Shown: positions 18,025 to 27,828 of the stretch, piece after piece
How the letters are laid out: every line of letters begins with the position of its first letter
Position numbering within the stretch: position 1 is the stretch's first letter
UHGV virus genome: UHGV-0076294
Length of the DNA stretch: 64,000 bases
Source: a virus
Direction: 5' to 3' (one strand)
Notes under the pieces: generated by a model
Told to the model about the DNA's origin: nothing
Database searches by the model: none
The model's input: only the letters and a program-made list of their open reading frames with translations
Made by a program: the position numbers and the translations under genes

Positions 18025-18692
18025 TGCTGATTGTTTTTAGTCAAGCGTTATCGATGGCACCGAGTTATATCCAGATACGCTTTTCAGCAATTGCGCGTCA
18101 GCAGTGGGGCTTTAAAGCCCCCTATTCTGACGACCACTATACACTCGGTGAAGTAGCACTTGAACTTGCTTTACGTTCATTGTGGGAAATCATTGCATTG
18201 TACAATGCAGGTTGTGATATACCGAAAGATTGTTTCCCACAGCGGGTGATTGCACAAGGCACTACGAACACTTACGGTAATCCGGCATTGGTGGAAGAGT
18301 GCTTAGGCTACGCTAACCAGTCTGGGGAACTGCAACATAACTTTAATCTGGTGATTAACAAAGTCTGGAGTGAGCTGGAAAGCTACCCTGAAAAGATTAT
18401 CTGGTTTGATCGTAACCAATTCGTTAAGGAGGTGGCCAGTAAACGACCCGTACGTTTAGTTGCCTTAAAGCCCACCGACCTTGATTTGAAACAAACCTAT
18501 CCCTTCCCAGAGGAAATTCGACTTTCTCCAGAAACCGTAGGTCACACTATTTTCAAACAAGGTGACGCCTGGATACTTCCTCACGATCTAGACCGTTTCC
18601 TGCTCAACTCCGATCAGATTCACTCCGGCTATGATTCTCTCGTAAAAGAGTTTCACATCGATCCCTATTTCGCTAAAAACTTTCTTAGATAG
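18024..18692 (+). CDS. hypothetical protein
   Basis: ATG overlaps RNase H stop (TGATG); AAGGAA RBS 5 nt upstream. ORF track start 18021 is TTG. Confidence 0.5.
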   Translation: MLIVFSQALSMAPSYIQIRFSAIARQQWGFKAPYSDDHYTLGEVALELALRSLWEIIALYNAGCDIPKDCFPQRVIAQGTTNTYGNPALVEECLGYANQSGELQHNFNLVINKVWSELESYPEKIIWFDRNQFVKEVASKRPVRLVALKPTDLDLKQTYPFPEEIRLSPETVGHTIFKQGDAWILPHDLDRFLLNSDQIHSGYDSLVKEFHIDPYFAKNFLR

Positions 18693-18706
18693 ATATTATT
18701 CAGGTG
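18684..18706 (+). promoter_or_regulatory. promoter-like motif CTTAGATAGATATTATTCAGGTG
   Basis: Overlaps stop of previous gene, 24 nt upstream of ATG 18730; matches copies at 952 and 58177 at most positions. Confidence 0.35.
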
Positions 18707-18729
18707 TAGAACCCTCGGAGTTAATCACC

Positions 18730-19467
18730 ATGTTGAAAGTTTATGTCCCTCAATTACAACGTATTAATCCCTCGTTGTTCGAGGGATTCTTTTATAAAAT
18801 TTGGCCACAATACTTCAATGAACACCTGAAAGACTCAAAATGGTCATCTGTCCAAGGAGAATTCTTTTACACCGCACAATCAGCCTGTACAAATGTCTTT
18901 ACCCACCTCATCTCTGAGGTTATTGACGCTGTCAACACCAACCGAAACTTTGACCTTCGTGACGTCATAATAGATCTCTCAGCGATCTTCGATAACTACG
19001 ATTGCGATGACGCAGTATTCGAACATTTCTCCTCTGAAGATGTGTGGGAGGCCGTTTATCAATGGCTAGAATACTACGTGAATTTTCTACTTTCCTCGAA
19101 CATGTTAGAAAATTACAATAAAGCACTCTTTCCCATTTATAACGACTTAATGAACGTTAAACTGACAAAGAATCTCGTTGGTTTTTGGTATTCGACCTAC
19201 GACGCTGAAAGCAGGTTGTGGGAAAAAGAAATGATCGCTTACGGCATCGAGCGCGGCGATTATGATGAATTATATCGATGTTATTGGCCATTCAATCATT
19301 ACGAAAAAGGGTGTCAAGGCGATCCGTATTTGTGGTCTTTTTATTTCTGTAATCAGACTGGTGTTATTTATCTTGAAGACACCGGTGTACGAATCCCTAA
19401 CGGTACTGATGTAACATACTGCCAATTACGTAAAGACCGGGCTGACGCCATTTATCAGGATTATTAA
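18730..19467 (+). CDS. hypothetical protein
   Basis: 245-aa ORF; RBS CTCGGAG region upstream. Confidence 0.55.
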   Translation: MLKVYVPQLQRINPSLFEGFFYKIWPQYFNEHLKDSKWSSVQGEFFYTAQSACTNVFTHLISEVIDAVNTNRNFDLRDVIIDLSAIFDNYDCDDAVFEHFSSEDVWEAVYQWLEYYVNFLLSSNMLENYNKALFPIYNDLMNVKLTKNLVGFWYSTYDAESRLWEKEMIAYGIERGDYDELYRCYWPFNHYEKGCQGDPYLWSFYFCNQTGVIYLEDTGVRIPNGTDVTYCQLRKDRADAIYQDY

Positions 19468-19468
19468 C

Positions 19469-20011
19469 ATGAAATTACTTATCGATTTTTCTCTGAGTTC
19501 GTCACGCGACAGGCTAAATAAAATACTTACTGAAATGCGAAGTAAAGTGACGTTAGAATTGCACGATGCGATAGCGGTATACGAGAGAAAGCTAACGAAA
19601 GAGAACAACGGGGAGACCGTGGTGATCTTAGACGCTAAAGCGATGGTGGATTTTCTGGTAGACGTTTTAGAAAGACGGATACACGCAGTGATAGAACGAC
19701 CCTACCTGGTTCGTGTGACCGACCCAGACACTACGGTAGATTCGATACTGGAAAAAGCATTCGTTGACGCAGCACACTATTTACAAAATCATTCCCCAGA
19801 CGATTTCGAAACGATTTACGTTGGTGTTATACAGCAACAGAATGCTGAAACCAACATAGTCGATACTGTGTGCTGGAGCGATATTCTTACTAATGAAACC
19901 ATGTCTCGCATTCGAGATATCTTTATTGAAAATTTGGCATTAGTAAAAAGGGTGTGTAGTTCCGAGATTATTTATTTATCATCGAAATACGAAAAACCTA
20001 AAGGGGTATAA
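19469..20011 (+). CDS. hypothetical protein
   Basis: 180-aa ORF starting 1 nt after previous stop. Confidence 0.55.
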   Translation: MKLLIDFSLSSSRDRLNKILTEMRSKVTLELHDAIAVYERKLTKENNGETVVILDAKAMVDFLVDVLERRIHAVIERPYLVRVTDPDTTVDSILEKAFVDAAHYLQNHSPDDFETIYVGVIQQQNAETNIVDTVCWSDILTNETMSRIRDIFIENLALVKRVCSSEIIYLSSKYEKPKGV

Positions 20012-20013
20012 CC

Positions 20014-20538
20014 ATGGATATTTTAATTCAGCTTCGTAAGAAAACAACCATTGCCACGCCGATAGCGTTAGAGGAGAAAATCTCTGGCGCGGTTGCACGC
20101 AAGCTCTGTGGTGCTCACGGCTTTAGCAGTCATCAGGAACAGGTCGTTACTGCCGCCACATTACACAACTTACGGCACACAGTACATTACTGTTTAGCTG
20201 ACAACGTCACCATCACTCTTGATGATGGCGCAGCAGCCGACCAACTGCGTCGTGAAATTGACCACAAGATCGGCGTTTATAAAAGACGTTTTGATCGTGC
20301 CTGTGCACGTTTAACCGATGACAAGGAATTATGGAAACGTTTGAAACTTGAAATTGAGTATGCGGCGCAGCGTTACGGGATTGGCGGTACCGAACCGTTG
20401 CTGTCCGAACAAGAAATCATGTTAGCAATCGAAGTTTACATCACCGTTTGTATCGCCATCCTGAAAGAAACCGACTACGAAATTACAAAAGCGTTGTTAA
20501 ACACCGCAGACAGACTCACCCCAATTTTAGGACAGTAA
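20014..20538 (+). CDS. hypothetical protein
   Basis: 174-aa ORF; AAAGGGG RBS. Confidence 0.55.
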   Translation: MDILIQLRKKTTIATPIALEEKISGAVARKLCGAHGFSSHQEQVVTAATLHNLRHTVHYCLADNVTITLDDGAAADQLRREIDHKIGVYKRRFDRACARLTDDKELWKRLKLEIEYAAQRYGIGGTEPLLSEQEIMLAIEVYITVCIAILKETDYEITKALLNTADRLTPILGQ

Positions 20539-20539
20539 A

Positions 20540-21025
20540 ATGAACTTAAATGCAATTATCAATCTCTCTAATAGCGACATTGTCCACGAGTTTCTGAACC
20601 ACTGCGATCGCACAGAACAGTCTATCCGTAACATGTTAGCTCCGAAAACAGTGGATGCCATTTGGATAGCTTCACAGGCAGCGGGCGTTATCGTTGCAAG
20701 ATATCGCGCGACATTACTAATGAGTCTGGACATTTTCTTCGATCGACCAGGGCCTATTACATGGACTTCTATCGGACGTCGGCTTTATGACATACGTATC
20801 GAAACCCTACGCTCGATAATTAATGGCTGGCACAACGGGTATATGCCTGACGTAATAGTACCCTACACTGTTCCCGAATGGCGACGCTTTTATAGTCAGA
20901 TTTGGAGTAATGAAAGCGTTTATCATGAAATAGTGGCTCTTATCAGTGCTGACCAAAGCCAACTTGCATACCAGCTATGGGAGTGGCTAAAAGCTAATTA
21001 TCCTGATTACGTCAAAATCGACTAA
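20540..21025 (+). CDS. hypothetical protein
   Basis: 161-aa ORF starting 1 nt after previous stop; terminator follows. Confidence 0.55.
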   Translation: MNLNAIINLSNSDIVHEFLNHCDRTEQSIRNMLAPKTVDAIWIASQAAGVIVARYRATLLMSLDIFFDRPGPITWTSIGRRLYDIRIETLRSIINGWHNGYMPDVIVPYTVPEWRRFYSQIWSNESVYHEIVALISADQSQLAYQLWEWLKANYPDYVKID

Positions 21026-21030
21026 TAGAC

Positions 21031-21065
21031 ACCCTAGCTTCGGCTAGGGTTACTTTATTTTTAAC
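21031..21065 (+). terminator. intrinsic terminator
   Basis: ACCCTAGC-ttcg-GCTAGGGT followed by TACTTTATTTTT. Confidence 0.65.
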
Positions 21066-21084
21066 CATTTTAGGAGAATATACC

Positions 21085-22017
21085 ATGTATTTGTACAAAA
21101 GTAAAAAAGTAAAAGGTATTAAAGACTGCCTTAGACAAATGGGGAGTCAGCATCTAGAAAATGTCATGGAAGAAAATCAAACAAAAGAAAATCCTGTCTC
21201 GAAATGGATAAAAAAGAATCGTAATCATCTAACCAATAGCTTTATACCGTATAATGAAGATTTAGGTCTCAAAGATCCACGTTCCCTTCACGCTCAAACA
21301 TTGGCAATTGGATGGCTATACGGCGGGGCTTCCTTAATATCCGATCGAGCACTTAGAGAACTTGTTTTTGAGACTGAGATGCCCAGTAAATTCCCTGAAG
21401 AATGGTTGGACTTTATACCTACTTGGACTGTGGCAATCGATGTAGGTAAAGAGGATGAGACTTTCTTTCTCGGTTATCGAAAAAATGGGAAGAGAAGGTT
21501 TATTATAATTGCTACAAATACTGATTACGGGTTAACAGAAGGCGTTACCACGATTGCCACTTGTTCGTTAGAGCTTCGTAGTGCAGGAAACGGACTTGTG
21601 GAAATCGACTATGCCGACGGTGTGGAGAACGAACAAGAAAAGATGCTATGGTTATCTCTGGCCAAAGCCGCCACATCGATGATATTTCTGTGTACGCTAA
21701 TCCCACCTAATCTCAAAACGTCTTACAATGACGTTAAGTTCAAAGAAATCAAAAAGAACGGCAGTATTAGCTACGAAGTCAAACCTCGTGAACGTGATGT
21801 TAAAGTGGATATCACACCAGGACAAGTAAAATATCTAAAAGGATTTAACACCGACTTGAAAGCCATGCAGGGTATCAAACACGCTAAAGCTGCGCACATT
21901 CGTCGTGCCCACTGGCGTAGATACTGGGTTGGTCCAAGAAACGGTGAAAGAAAAAGAAAACTTTGCTGGATTCCACCGACATTTGTTCGCGGCTACGTAC
22001 CCCACACGCAAGACTAG
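21085..22017 (+). CDS. hypothetical protein (paralogue of 22028-22912)
   Basis: C-terminus AAHIRRAHWRRYWVGP...WIPPTFVRG nearly repeats in next gene; RBS TAGGAG. Confidence 0.6.
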   Translation: MYLYKSKKVKGIKDCLRQMGSQHLENVMEENQTKENPVSKWIKKNRNHLTNSFIPYNEDLGLKDPRSLHAQTLAIGWLYGGASLISDRALRELVFETEMPSKFPEEWLDFIPTWTVAIDVGKEDETFFLGYRKNGKRRFIIIATNTDYGLTEGVTTIATCSLELRSAGNGLVEIDYADGVENEQEKMLWLSLAKAATSMIFLCTLIPPNLKTSYNDVKFKEIKKNGSISYEVKPRERDVKVDITPGQVKYLKGFNTDLKAMQGIKHAKAAHIRRAHWRRYWVGPRNGERKRKLCWIPPTFVRGYVPHTQD

Positions 22018-22027
22018 GAGAATTATA

Positions 22028-22912
22028 ATGTTAAGACGCAGAATTTATGGAGACACGCTTCGACGTATTAGTGAAGCTATAGAGACTGCACACAAAGACT
22101 TGTTTGGTCTGAAGGAAGATCGTTTTCTAACGTTTGTCAGGGAACACAAGAGGCAACTTCCTGTAACCTTTCTGCCCGTTAACGACCCAACGTACCGTGT
22201 GTTCGGCACCACCAAACAGGTGCCGTATTCTATTCGCCAATCGTTAGGTTTGGGCTGGCAATACGCAGGTATTGAAATTATCTCTGATAAAGAGTTGATG
22301 GGACTACTTGCAGACACAGAACGTTTAACGGATATTCCGTACGCGTGGATTGAAGCAATTCCTTCATTCACCTTTTCCGTGACTGTAAAGATTAACGAAC
22401 TACCCGCTACGCTCTTTATCGGTCGTCGTAAATTCGAAGGTGAGGAAGTATTGTTCGTTTTACGATGGGTGGAGATAAATCAGCGGCACTGTTGGTCAAC
22501 CAAGATTTATCGGTTCAACAGAAAGGCAGATGACTTTGTTAGTTTAGAGCCTTACTTTGCTAACGAGTCAAAGGACGAGGAACTTCTGGATGAGGTACAT
22601 ATCGGTTTATATCTTTCCTCGCGGGTGAAGAAATCGGAACGCGAGAGACGGGAATACCGTGGTAGAACGACACGTTACGTACCTGATACAGAAATCCTCC
22701 CACGCAGAGAACCTGTCGTCGTTGACGTAAGTCCAGTACAACGCGAAGACTTAGAAAAACAACGCAGGGAAGGCAGGAGAATCTGTTTAACGCCTCATCG
22801 CGCAGCACACATACGCAGGGCTCATTGGAAACGGGTCTGGTGTGGGCCAATGACAGGACCACGCTGGCAGGAGTGGCGATGGATTGCACCCACCTTTATA
22901 TCTGGTTTTTAA
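22028..22912 (+). CDS. hypothetical protein (paralogue of 21085-22017)
   Basis: Start set at ATG 22028 after AGGAGAA RBS (ORF track 21905 overlaps upstream gene); C-terminus AAHIRRAHWKRVWCGP...WIAPTFISG. Confidence 0.6.
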   Translation: MLRRRIYGDTLRRISEAIETAHKDLFGLKEDRFLTFVREHKRQLPVTFLPVNDPTYRVFGTTKQVPYSIRQSLGLGWQYAGIEIISDKELMGLLADTERLTDIPYAWIEAIPSFTFSVTVKINELPATLFIGRRKFEGEEVLFVLRWVEINQRHCWSTKIYRFNRKADDFVSLEPYFANESKDEELLDEVHIGLYLSSRVKKSERERREYRGRTTRYVPDTEILPRREPVVVDVSPVQREDLEKQRREGRRICLTPHRAAHIRRAHWKRVWCGPMTGPRWQEWRWIAPTFISGF

Positions 22913-22927
22913 TGTGAAAATAAAGAT

Positions 22928-22975
22928 TACCCCTAGACCACAAGGTCTAGGGGTAGCTTTTACTTTTTATTTTTT
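22928..22975. terminator. bidirectional intrinsic terminator
   Basis: TACCCCTAGACC-acaa-GGTCTAGGGGTA flanked by T-rich runs for both strands, between convergent genes. Confidence 0.65.
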
Positions 22976-23722
22976 GTTTGCCTTCAGCGCTTTCAGGCGT
23001 TCAGCCGTCACGTTCAGACATTCAATCAATTCGTTCACCTGTTTCATGAACAAACCAAACAGTTCAACCCAATCGGATGCAAAGTCTAACATCGCTGTCA
23101 GTTCTTTTGCCACGTTAGGATGAATGTTTTGTTCAGACAGAATCGTTGCAGAGGCTTTAATAGACTCGATGGATTTGTCGATGTTCGTACGAAGTTTCTT
23201 CGTGATTTCAACGTTCAGTGCTTTTGCACGGTTAAACGCAATATCGATCTCCGTAGCACTGTGGTACGTTTTCTCAATCGGACGCTGGTCAATAACGTTG
23301 TTGATGTAAGACTTAGCCAACTGGTTAACCAGGTCTTTCGGATTCACGTTACGTAACGGAATGTTAACGTTTTTATAACGGAAACCGATAGGTAATGACA
23401 GTACGCCCACATCATGTGTAAGGGCGGAAAGTTGCAACTCAACAGGTAAAAGGACACCGTCGTAGATCTTCTGTAATGAACTCCATACCGATTCTAAGCG
23501 GTTAATGTGATCCATTACGTAGGTATTGAAGCCTGGCGGTACAATAACCAACATGCCTGCAAAGTGTAAGAATTTTTCCTGTTGCATCCACTTGGAAACG
23601 TCTGACATGTCGTCGTAAGTGGTTAATGCAATCTCTTGTTGAGGGCCACTGAACCCTTTGGGTAAGATTGCAGACGCTTTAGCGGCAAAGCTAGTTAACG
23701 CTGCAAGTGGATTTACGTTCAT
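22967..23722 (-). CDS. hypothetical protein
   Basis: Lone minus-strand 251-aa ORF inside a plus-strand block; own terminator and divergent upstream region. Confidence 0.55.
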   Translation of the reverse strand: MNVNPLAALTSFAAKASAILPKGFSGPQQEIALTTYDDMSDVSKWMQQEKFLHFAGMLVIVPPGFNTYVMDHINRLESVWSSLQKIYDGVLLPVELQLSALTHDVGVLSLPIGFRYKNVNIPLRNVNPKDLVNQLAKSYINNVIDQRPIEKTYHSATEIDIAFNRAKALNVEITKKLRTNIDKSIESIKASATILSEQNIHPNVAKELTAMLDFASDWVELFGLFMKQVNELIECLNVTAERLKALKANKK

Positions 23723-23819
23723 TTAAAACCTCGGATTATAAGTCAGGGTTACATAGTAAAGTCTTTTTACAGTTCATCCTGAACTTATGACCGAGATTAT
23801 CTCATAAAGGTAAAGCTCG

Positions 23820-24119
23820 ATGAAAATCAAATTACTGACTCGAAACACCACGCCTCGTCTGGAACCGGAAATCTATCTTACCCCGGTGAAAAAAGACAAA
23901 GAAGGTAAGCCTATTCAAGTAGGTAAGATTCTTAGCGTGACCTCTTTACCTAACGGTAAGCGCGTGATGGAATTAGAAATCGACGAGCGCAACAAACGTC
24001 GTTTCGAGTCTATTGAGAACCCCTATCCTGAAAAATCGGAAGAAGTCACCGAGTGGGTAGAGACCTACTTTGAATTCTGGCACAAACGCCGTCTTCTTCT
24101 TCCGACCAAGAATCGTTAA
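23820..24119 (+). CDS. hypothetical protein
   Basis: 99-aa basic ORF immediately upstream of the recombinase-like gene. Confidence 0.5.
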   Translation: MKIKLLTRNTTPRLEPEIYLTPVKKDKEGKPIQVGKILSVTSLPNGKRVMELEIDERNKRRFESIENPYPEKSEEVTEWVETYFEFWHKRRLLLPTKNR

Positions 24120-24134
24120 TTATTGGAGCGCTAA

Positions 24135-25631
24135 ATGGCAGGCCCAACTAAGCAAGTTATCGGTGAAGTAATTCGTCCTCGTTTTAACGTTTATACCATC
24201 ATGGACCACGCCTTAGGCAACTACGAAAGAGGCGAAGATGGTTTATACTACCTTAACGGTGGTTTTGCCCACATCATGGGTTTCGCGGGTCGTGGTAACA
24301 CCTTCAAATCCACACTGTTGGATTTCTGTATCTTCCAAATCCTACAACGCTATAAAGCAGAGTGGGGTTCGAAATACGATACCGAAGTGTCTGCTGCCCT
24401 CGATCGCTTAGAGACCGGTTATATTTCTGCCATGCACGCCAACGGTATTGACGATGGAACTTCGGTACTGGAACTTATTCACGAAGGTCGTTATAACCTC
24501 GTTGGTTCTGACGTGATGCCAGGGGAACAATATTACAGTGACTATATTCGTGATGAAGTGGAAAAACGCTTCAAGCAGTATATGTCTGGTAAAACGCGTG
24601 TAACGCCGTTCCTCGACCCGGTTCGTCGTAAGCAAAAAGAAATCCTTGACCCGTGGCTGTATTCTATCGACTCCCTGTCGGAGTGGCACTCGTCTTCTCT
24701 GGAAGACAAGCACGCTAAAACGGATATCGGTGATTCCGATCAGAACATCCTCAACGCCCACGACGCCTTACAGAAATCGAACATGATGAGCCGTTGGCCG
24801 TCTGCGTTTGCCCGTGGTGGTTTCTACATGGGCTTTGTTGCACAGATGGCCGATGACTCCGGTAAGGCGATGGCAGGCGGTCGTCAAGGACAGAAAGCAA
24901 ATGCGAAACTGCTGGACGATGCGAACGACGATCTCAAATTCGCAGGGATTCCTCGTCGTCAGTTAAGCTTCCTGACTAACTCGTTTATTGTTGCGACAAA
25001 ATCAGGCGAGCTGAAAAAAGACCAGAGTTATAACGCCCAGACCGGTGTTAACGAAGAACTTTACCCAACCGCACGTTCAAAAGCCATGAACGCGTCGGTT
25101 AACGACCTGAAAGTTATCACCTTTACGCAGTACCGTGCTAAAGGCGGTCACACAGGCGTGAAGTTCCAGATGATCTTCTCGCAAGAGATGGGTCTACTGT
25201 ATCACCTGAGCCTGTGGCACTACCTGAGTGATACCCTGAAAAAATCCGAATTTGGATTTACATCCAGCGGTAGCGGTGGTTCCATTAAAGAACTCCAGAT
25301 TCTGCCTGGTGTTAAATTCCAGCGTACGACGATTCGCGACATGATCGACGATAACCCGAAACTGCGTCGGGCATTAGAAATCACGGCCGCGATTGCGTAC
25401 ATGCAGAACAACTACCATCGTTTAGAGGTTAAATACCACCTCACGATGGAAGAAATCTACAAACTCATTGATGAAAAATGGGATTGGAATGAGATTCTGG
25501 AGAACACCGTAGAATACTGGATGTTTAAAGACCAAGAAACGAAAGGTGGTAAACGTACGTTAACTGCCCGTACGATTCTGGGTATGGCCGTGGACGGCCT
25601 GGAACCGAAGTTCCTCACCAAAAAGAAATAA
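24135..25631 (+). CDS. UvsX/RecA-like recombinase (divergent)
   Basis: GFAGRGNTFKST resembles the atypical Walker A of T4 UvsX (AGPSKSFKS, recalled from memory); ILDPWLYSIDSLSEW resembles the RecA-family Walker B (..IDSL..). 498 aa with extra regions. Confidence 0.5.
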   Translation: MAGPTKQVIGEVIRPRFNVYTIMDHALGNYERGEDGLYYLNGGFAHIMGFAGRGNTFKSTLLDFCIFQILQRYKAEWGSKYDTEVSAALDRLETGYISAMHANGIDDGTSVLELIHEGRYNLVGSDVMPGEQYYSDYIRDEVEKRFKQYMSGKTRVTPFLDPVRRKQKEILDPWLYSIDSLSEWHSSSLEDKHAKTDIGDSDQNILNAHDALQKSNMMSRWPSAFARGGFYMGFVAQMADDSGKAMAGGRQGQKANAKLLDDANDDLKFAGIPRRQLSFLTNSFIVATKSGELKKDQSYNAQTGVNEELYPTARSKAMNASVNDLKVITFTQYRAKGGHTGVKFQMIFSQEMGLLYHLSLWHYLSDTLKKSEFGFTSSGSGGSIKELQILPGVKFQRTTIRDMIDDNPKLRRALEITAAIAYMQNNYHRLEVKYHLTMEEIYKLIDEKWDWNEILENTVEYWMFKDQETKGGKRTLTARTILGMAVDGLEPKFLTKKK

Positions 25632-25676
25632 AGTCGTTAGGGTAGGGTAATCCCCTACCCTAGCTAAGGAGTCGTT

Positions 25677-25976
25677 ATGCGTTATCAAACGGAGATTGTG
25701 GAGCGCTTAAGCGAAGGTTTAGCCAGCGTCAGTCTGGAAACAGCAGCGGCATTTCGTGAGACTTTCGCTACTTTCTTTCCCGATCGTGAATCTTTTTGTT
25801 TAAAGGTCGGTGAATATTATTCCAAGTTACTCGAACACTACGGTTACCCGCCGGTGAAATTCGACGTACCTGAAAACACCGACGACATCAGTTATTGGAT
25901 TGAAACCCTCGAAGCAGGGACACTTTCCAACTTGCGTAAGGCGGTAGAAAATGAGACTCGATCCAGCGCGGCGTAA
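25677..25976 (+). CDS. hypothetical protein
   Basis: 99-aa ORF; AAGGAG RBS. Confidence 0.45.
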   Translation: MRYQTEIVERLSEGLASVSLETAAAFRETFATFFPDRESFCLKVGEYYSKLLEHYGYPPVKFDVPENTDDISYWIETLEAGTLSNLRKAVENETRSSAA

Positions 25977-26619
25977 AAAAGCAGAAGCTTACGCCTTACA
26001 AATCTTAAACCTGGTTGACCCCTCTGGGATTAATGCAGAGGCAGCAAAGAAAGCTTTTGCTCGAATGACAGACGAACAGTTTAATCGTCTTCGTGAAGGG
26101 CTACCGATTTACAACCCGGTTGGCAGCAAAGTTAAAATAGACCACATGCGAAACGTTGAGCTATGTCGTGTTTTAGGTTTGAACCTGGAACAGCGGTTGT
26201 GGTTAACTGAGCCGAAAACGGGTGTTTTCCATCGTACCCGCTACCCACATCTGGTATTGCGCTTGCCTGCGCGTCGTCAAACGCAGATGCAAGAAAAGAA
26301 AATGGCAGTAGCGAAGAACGACAAAGTTCGTGATAAACTCTCCGGTCAAGTTGTTGGTCCTTCTAAAGCATCTGGTGTATCTTTCCCAGAAGCGTACATC
26401 ATGTACTCCGATGGTCACGACTGGACACTGAAAGAGTTTCTGTGGGCGCGTGGGGGTAACGAAGCTTTACAACGTGCGTTCTATCAATCGTTACGTCAAA
26501 CCGGTAAGGGACGTATTGACCTGCCGGGAGCAGAACGTACCAGTTCGAAAGCAACACGTACCTGGTCTGCGTATCTGAAAGCGATGCACATTGGTAACAA
26601 CATAGGCCATCCGTCATGA
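25951..26619 (+). CDS. hypothetical protein
   Basis: 222-aa ORF; start uncertain (overlaps previous gene by 26 nt). Confidence 0.45.
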   Translation: MRLDPARRKKAEAYALQILNLVDPSGINAEAAKKAFARMTDEQFNRLREGLPIYNPVGSKVKIDHMRNVELCRVLGLNLEQRLWLTEPKTGVFHRTRYPHLVLRLPARRQTQMQEKKMAVAKNDKVRDKLSGQVVGPSKASGVSFPEAYIMYSDGHDWTLKEFLWARGGNEALQRAFYQSLRQTGKGRIDLPGAERTSSKATRTWSAYLKAMHIGNNIGHPS

Positions 26620-27338
26620 GATTTTCTCGACGTTTTTTGATTGATATCGATGCGTTGTTTGACACCCGAATCGGTTGGGTCAAAGCCATCAAACCTGAAA
26701 GATTGGAAATTATGGATTACGACGTTTATCGTCGTCGTTTTACGGAGGAATGGGCGACTGTCTTGGGGTTTGAGAATTGGAAAGAGGAATATCAGAAACG
26801 TGATAAACGCGCGTTAATGAATGCGGAACCCACCGAACTGTTGTTGACGATGAAGAACGAGTTCGAATGTATGTTACTCGAAATCGAGATGCATTCGCCT
26901 ATCGAAAAACCGACGCTGACAATTAACACCTGGCCGTATACTGATCTTACTGACCAAGAAATGCAAACGTTCTTGCAGATGTTCCGTATCTATTACGATA
27001 TGGTGCAGGTTGAGTTAGTGTCGTGGCCGCATTCGGAACTTACGCCGGGTCGTTTAGCGACAGCTTGGGATTGTTGGATAATGTACGATTGGTTCGCTTG
27101 GATTGAACTCAATGCGAAACATCTGAAAAAGCCTATCCCTAGCTTTACCATTACGCACCCTGCCCTGCTAACGCCGGAACTTACAAAAGAGACGGTAGAG
27201 CAGCTTAAACGCGATGGTGTGAATCCGTTCAAGGAACACATCCGGTTTATGGCAGAGTGGGTCGGTGTCGACCCACGTGATTCTGCGCTATTTAGTCTGG
27301 CTCGTCCGAAGAAGGACGCGCAAACGCCGCAGTCATAA
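26616..27338 (+). CDS. hypothetical protein
   Basis: 240-aa ORF, start overlaps previous stop (ATGA). Confidence 0.5.
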   Translation: MRFSRRFLIDIDALFDTRIGWVKAIKPERLEIMDYDVYRRRFTEEWATVLGFENWKEEYQKRDKRALMNAEPTELLLTMKNEFECMLLEIEMHSPIEKPTLTINTWPYTDLTDQEMQTFLQMFRIYYDMVQVELVSWPHSELTPGRLATAWDCWIMYDWFAWIELNAKHLKKPIPSFTITHPALLTPELTKETVEQLKRDGVNPFKEHIRFMAEWVGVDPRDSALFSLARPKKDAQTPQS

Positions 27339-27756
27339 TGGACTTCACGTCAATTTGTTCGCCAACCGGAGCCAACTCCCCTTCCGAGATTTCTACGTTA
27401 GGAATGTCTGGAAGGGTGGGTTGGTAACCATTATTTTCATCAAGTTCTTCATCGTGACGTTTTATTTTCACGTTACCGCGTTGCATCAGAATTGTATTCA
27501 GTGCGTTAGCCAAGTCTTGGTTCGCTTCACTGTTTTTCTGGGCAGCGGCAACACGACGTTTAGAAATGATCTGCTTATCTAGGTCGTTTAATAACGTCCC
27601 GATACGATCCACAGTCTTTAAGTCTTTGTGAGCATTAGGATCGTCTAAGATTAGATTGACGATTCTGACACGGGCTTGTTGCGTTTGGCGGAGAAGCGAT
27701 TCTTCGTCGTCTACTTCACCATCTAACGCCTGGTATTTCACTTCTTCTTCAGCCAT
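27292..27756 (-). CDS. hypothetical acidic protein
   Basis: Lone minus-strand 154-aa ORF; N-terminus MAEEEVKYQALDGEVDDEE; overlaps the 3' end of the convergent plus gene by 47 nt. Confidence 0.45.
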   Translation of the reverse strand: MAEEEVKYQALDGEVDDEESLLRQTQQARVRIVNLILDDPNAHKDLKTVDRIGTLLNDLDKQIISKRRVAAAQKNSEANQDLANALNTILMQRGNVKIKRHDEELDENNGYQPTLPDIPNVEISEGELAPVGEQIDVKSIMTAAFARPSSDEPD

Positions 27757-27783
27757 TTAAAACCACCTCATTTTCAAAAAGAA

Positions 27784-27808
27784 GTCAGACAGATATTATT
27801 TACGTGAG
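27784..27808 (+). promoter_or_regulatory. promoter-like motif GTCAGACAGATATTATTTACGTGAG
   Basis: In divergent intergenic region 21 nt upstream of ATG 27829; shares AGATATTA..T.A.GTGAG with the other copies. Confidence 0.3.
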
Positions 27809-27828
27809 ACATTCTTTCGGAGTGAATT

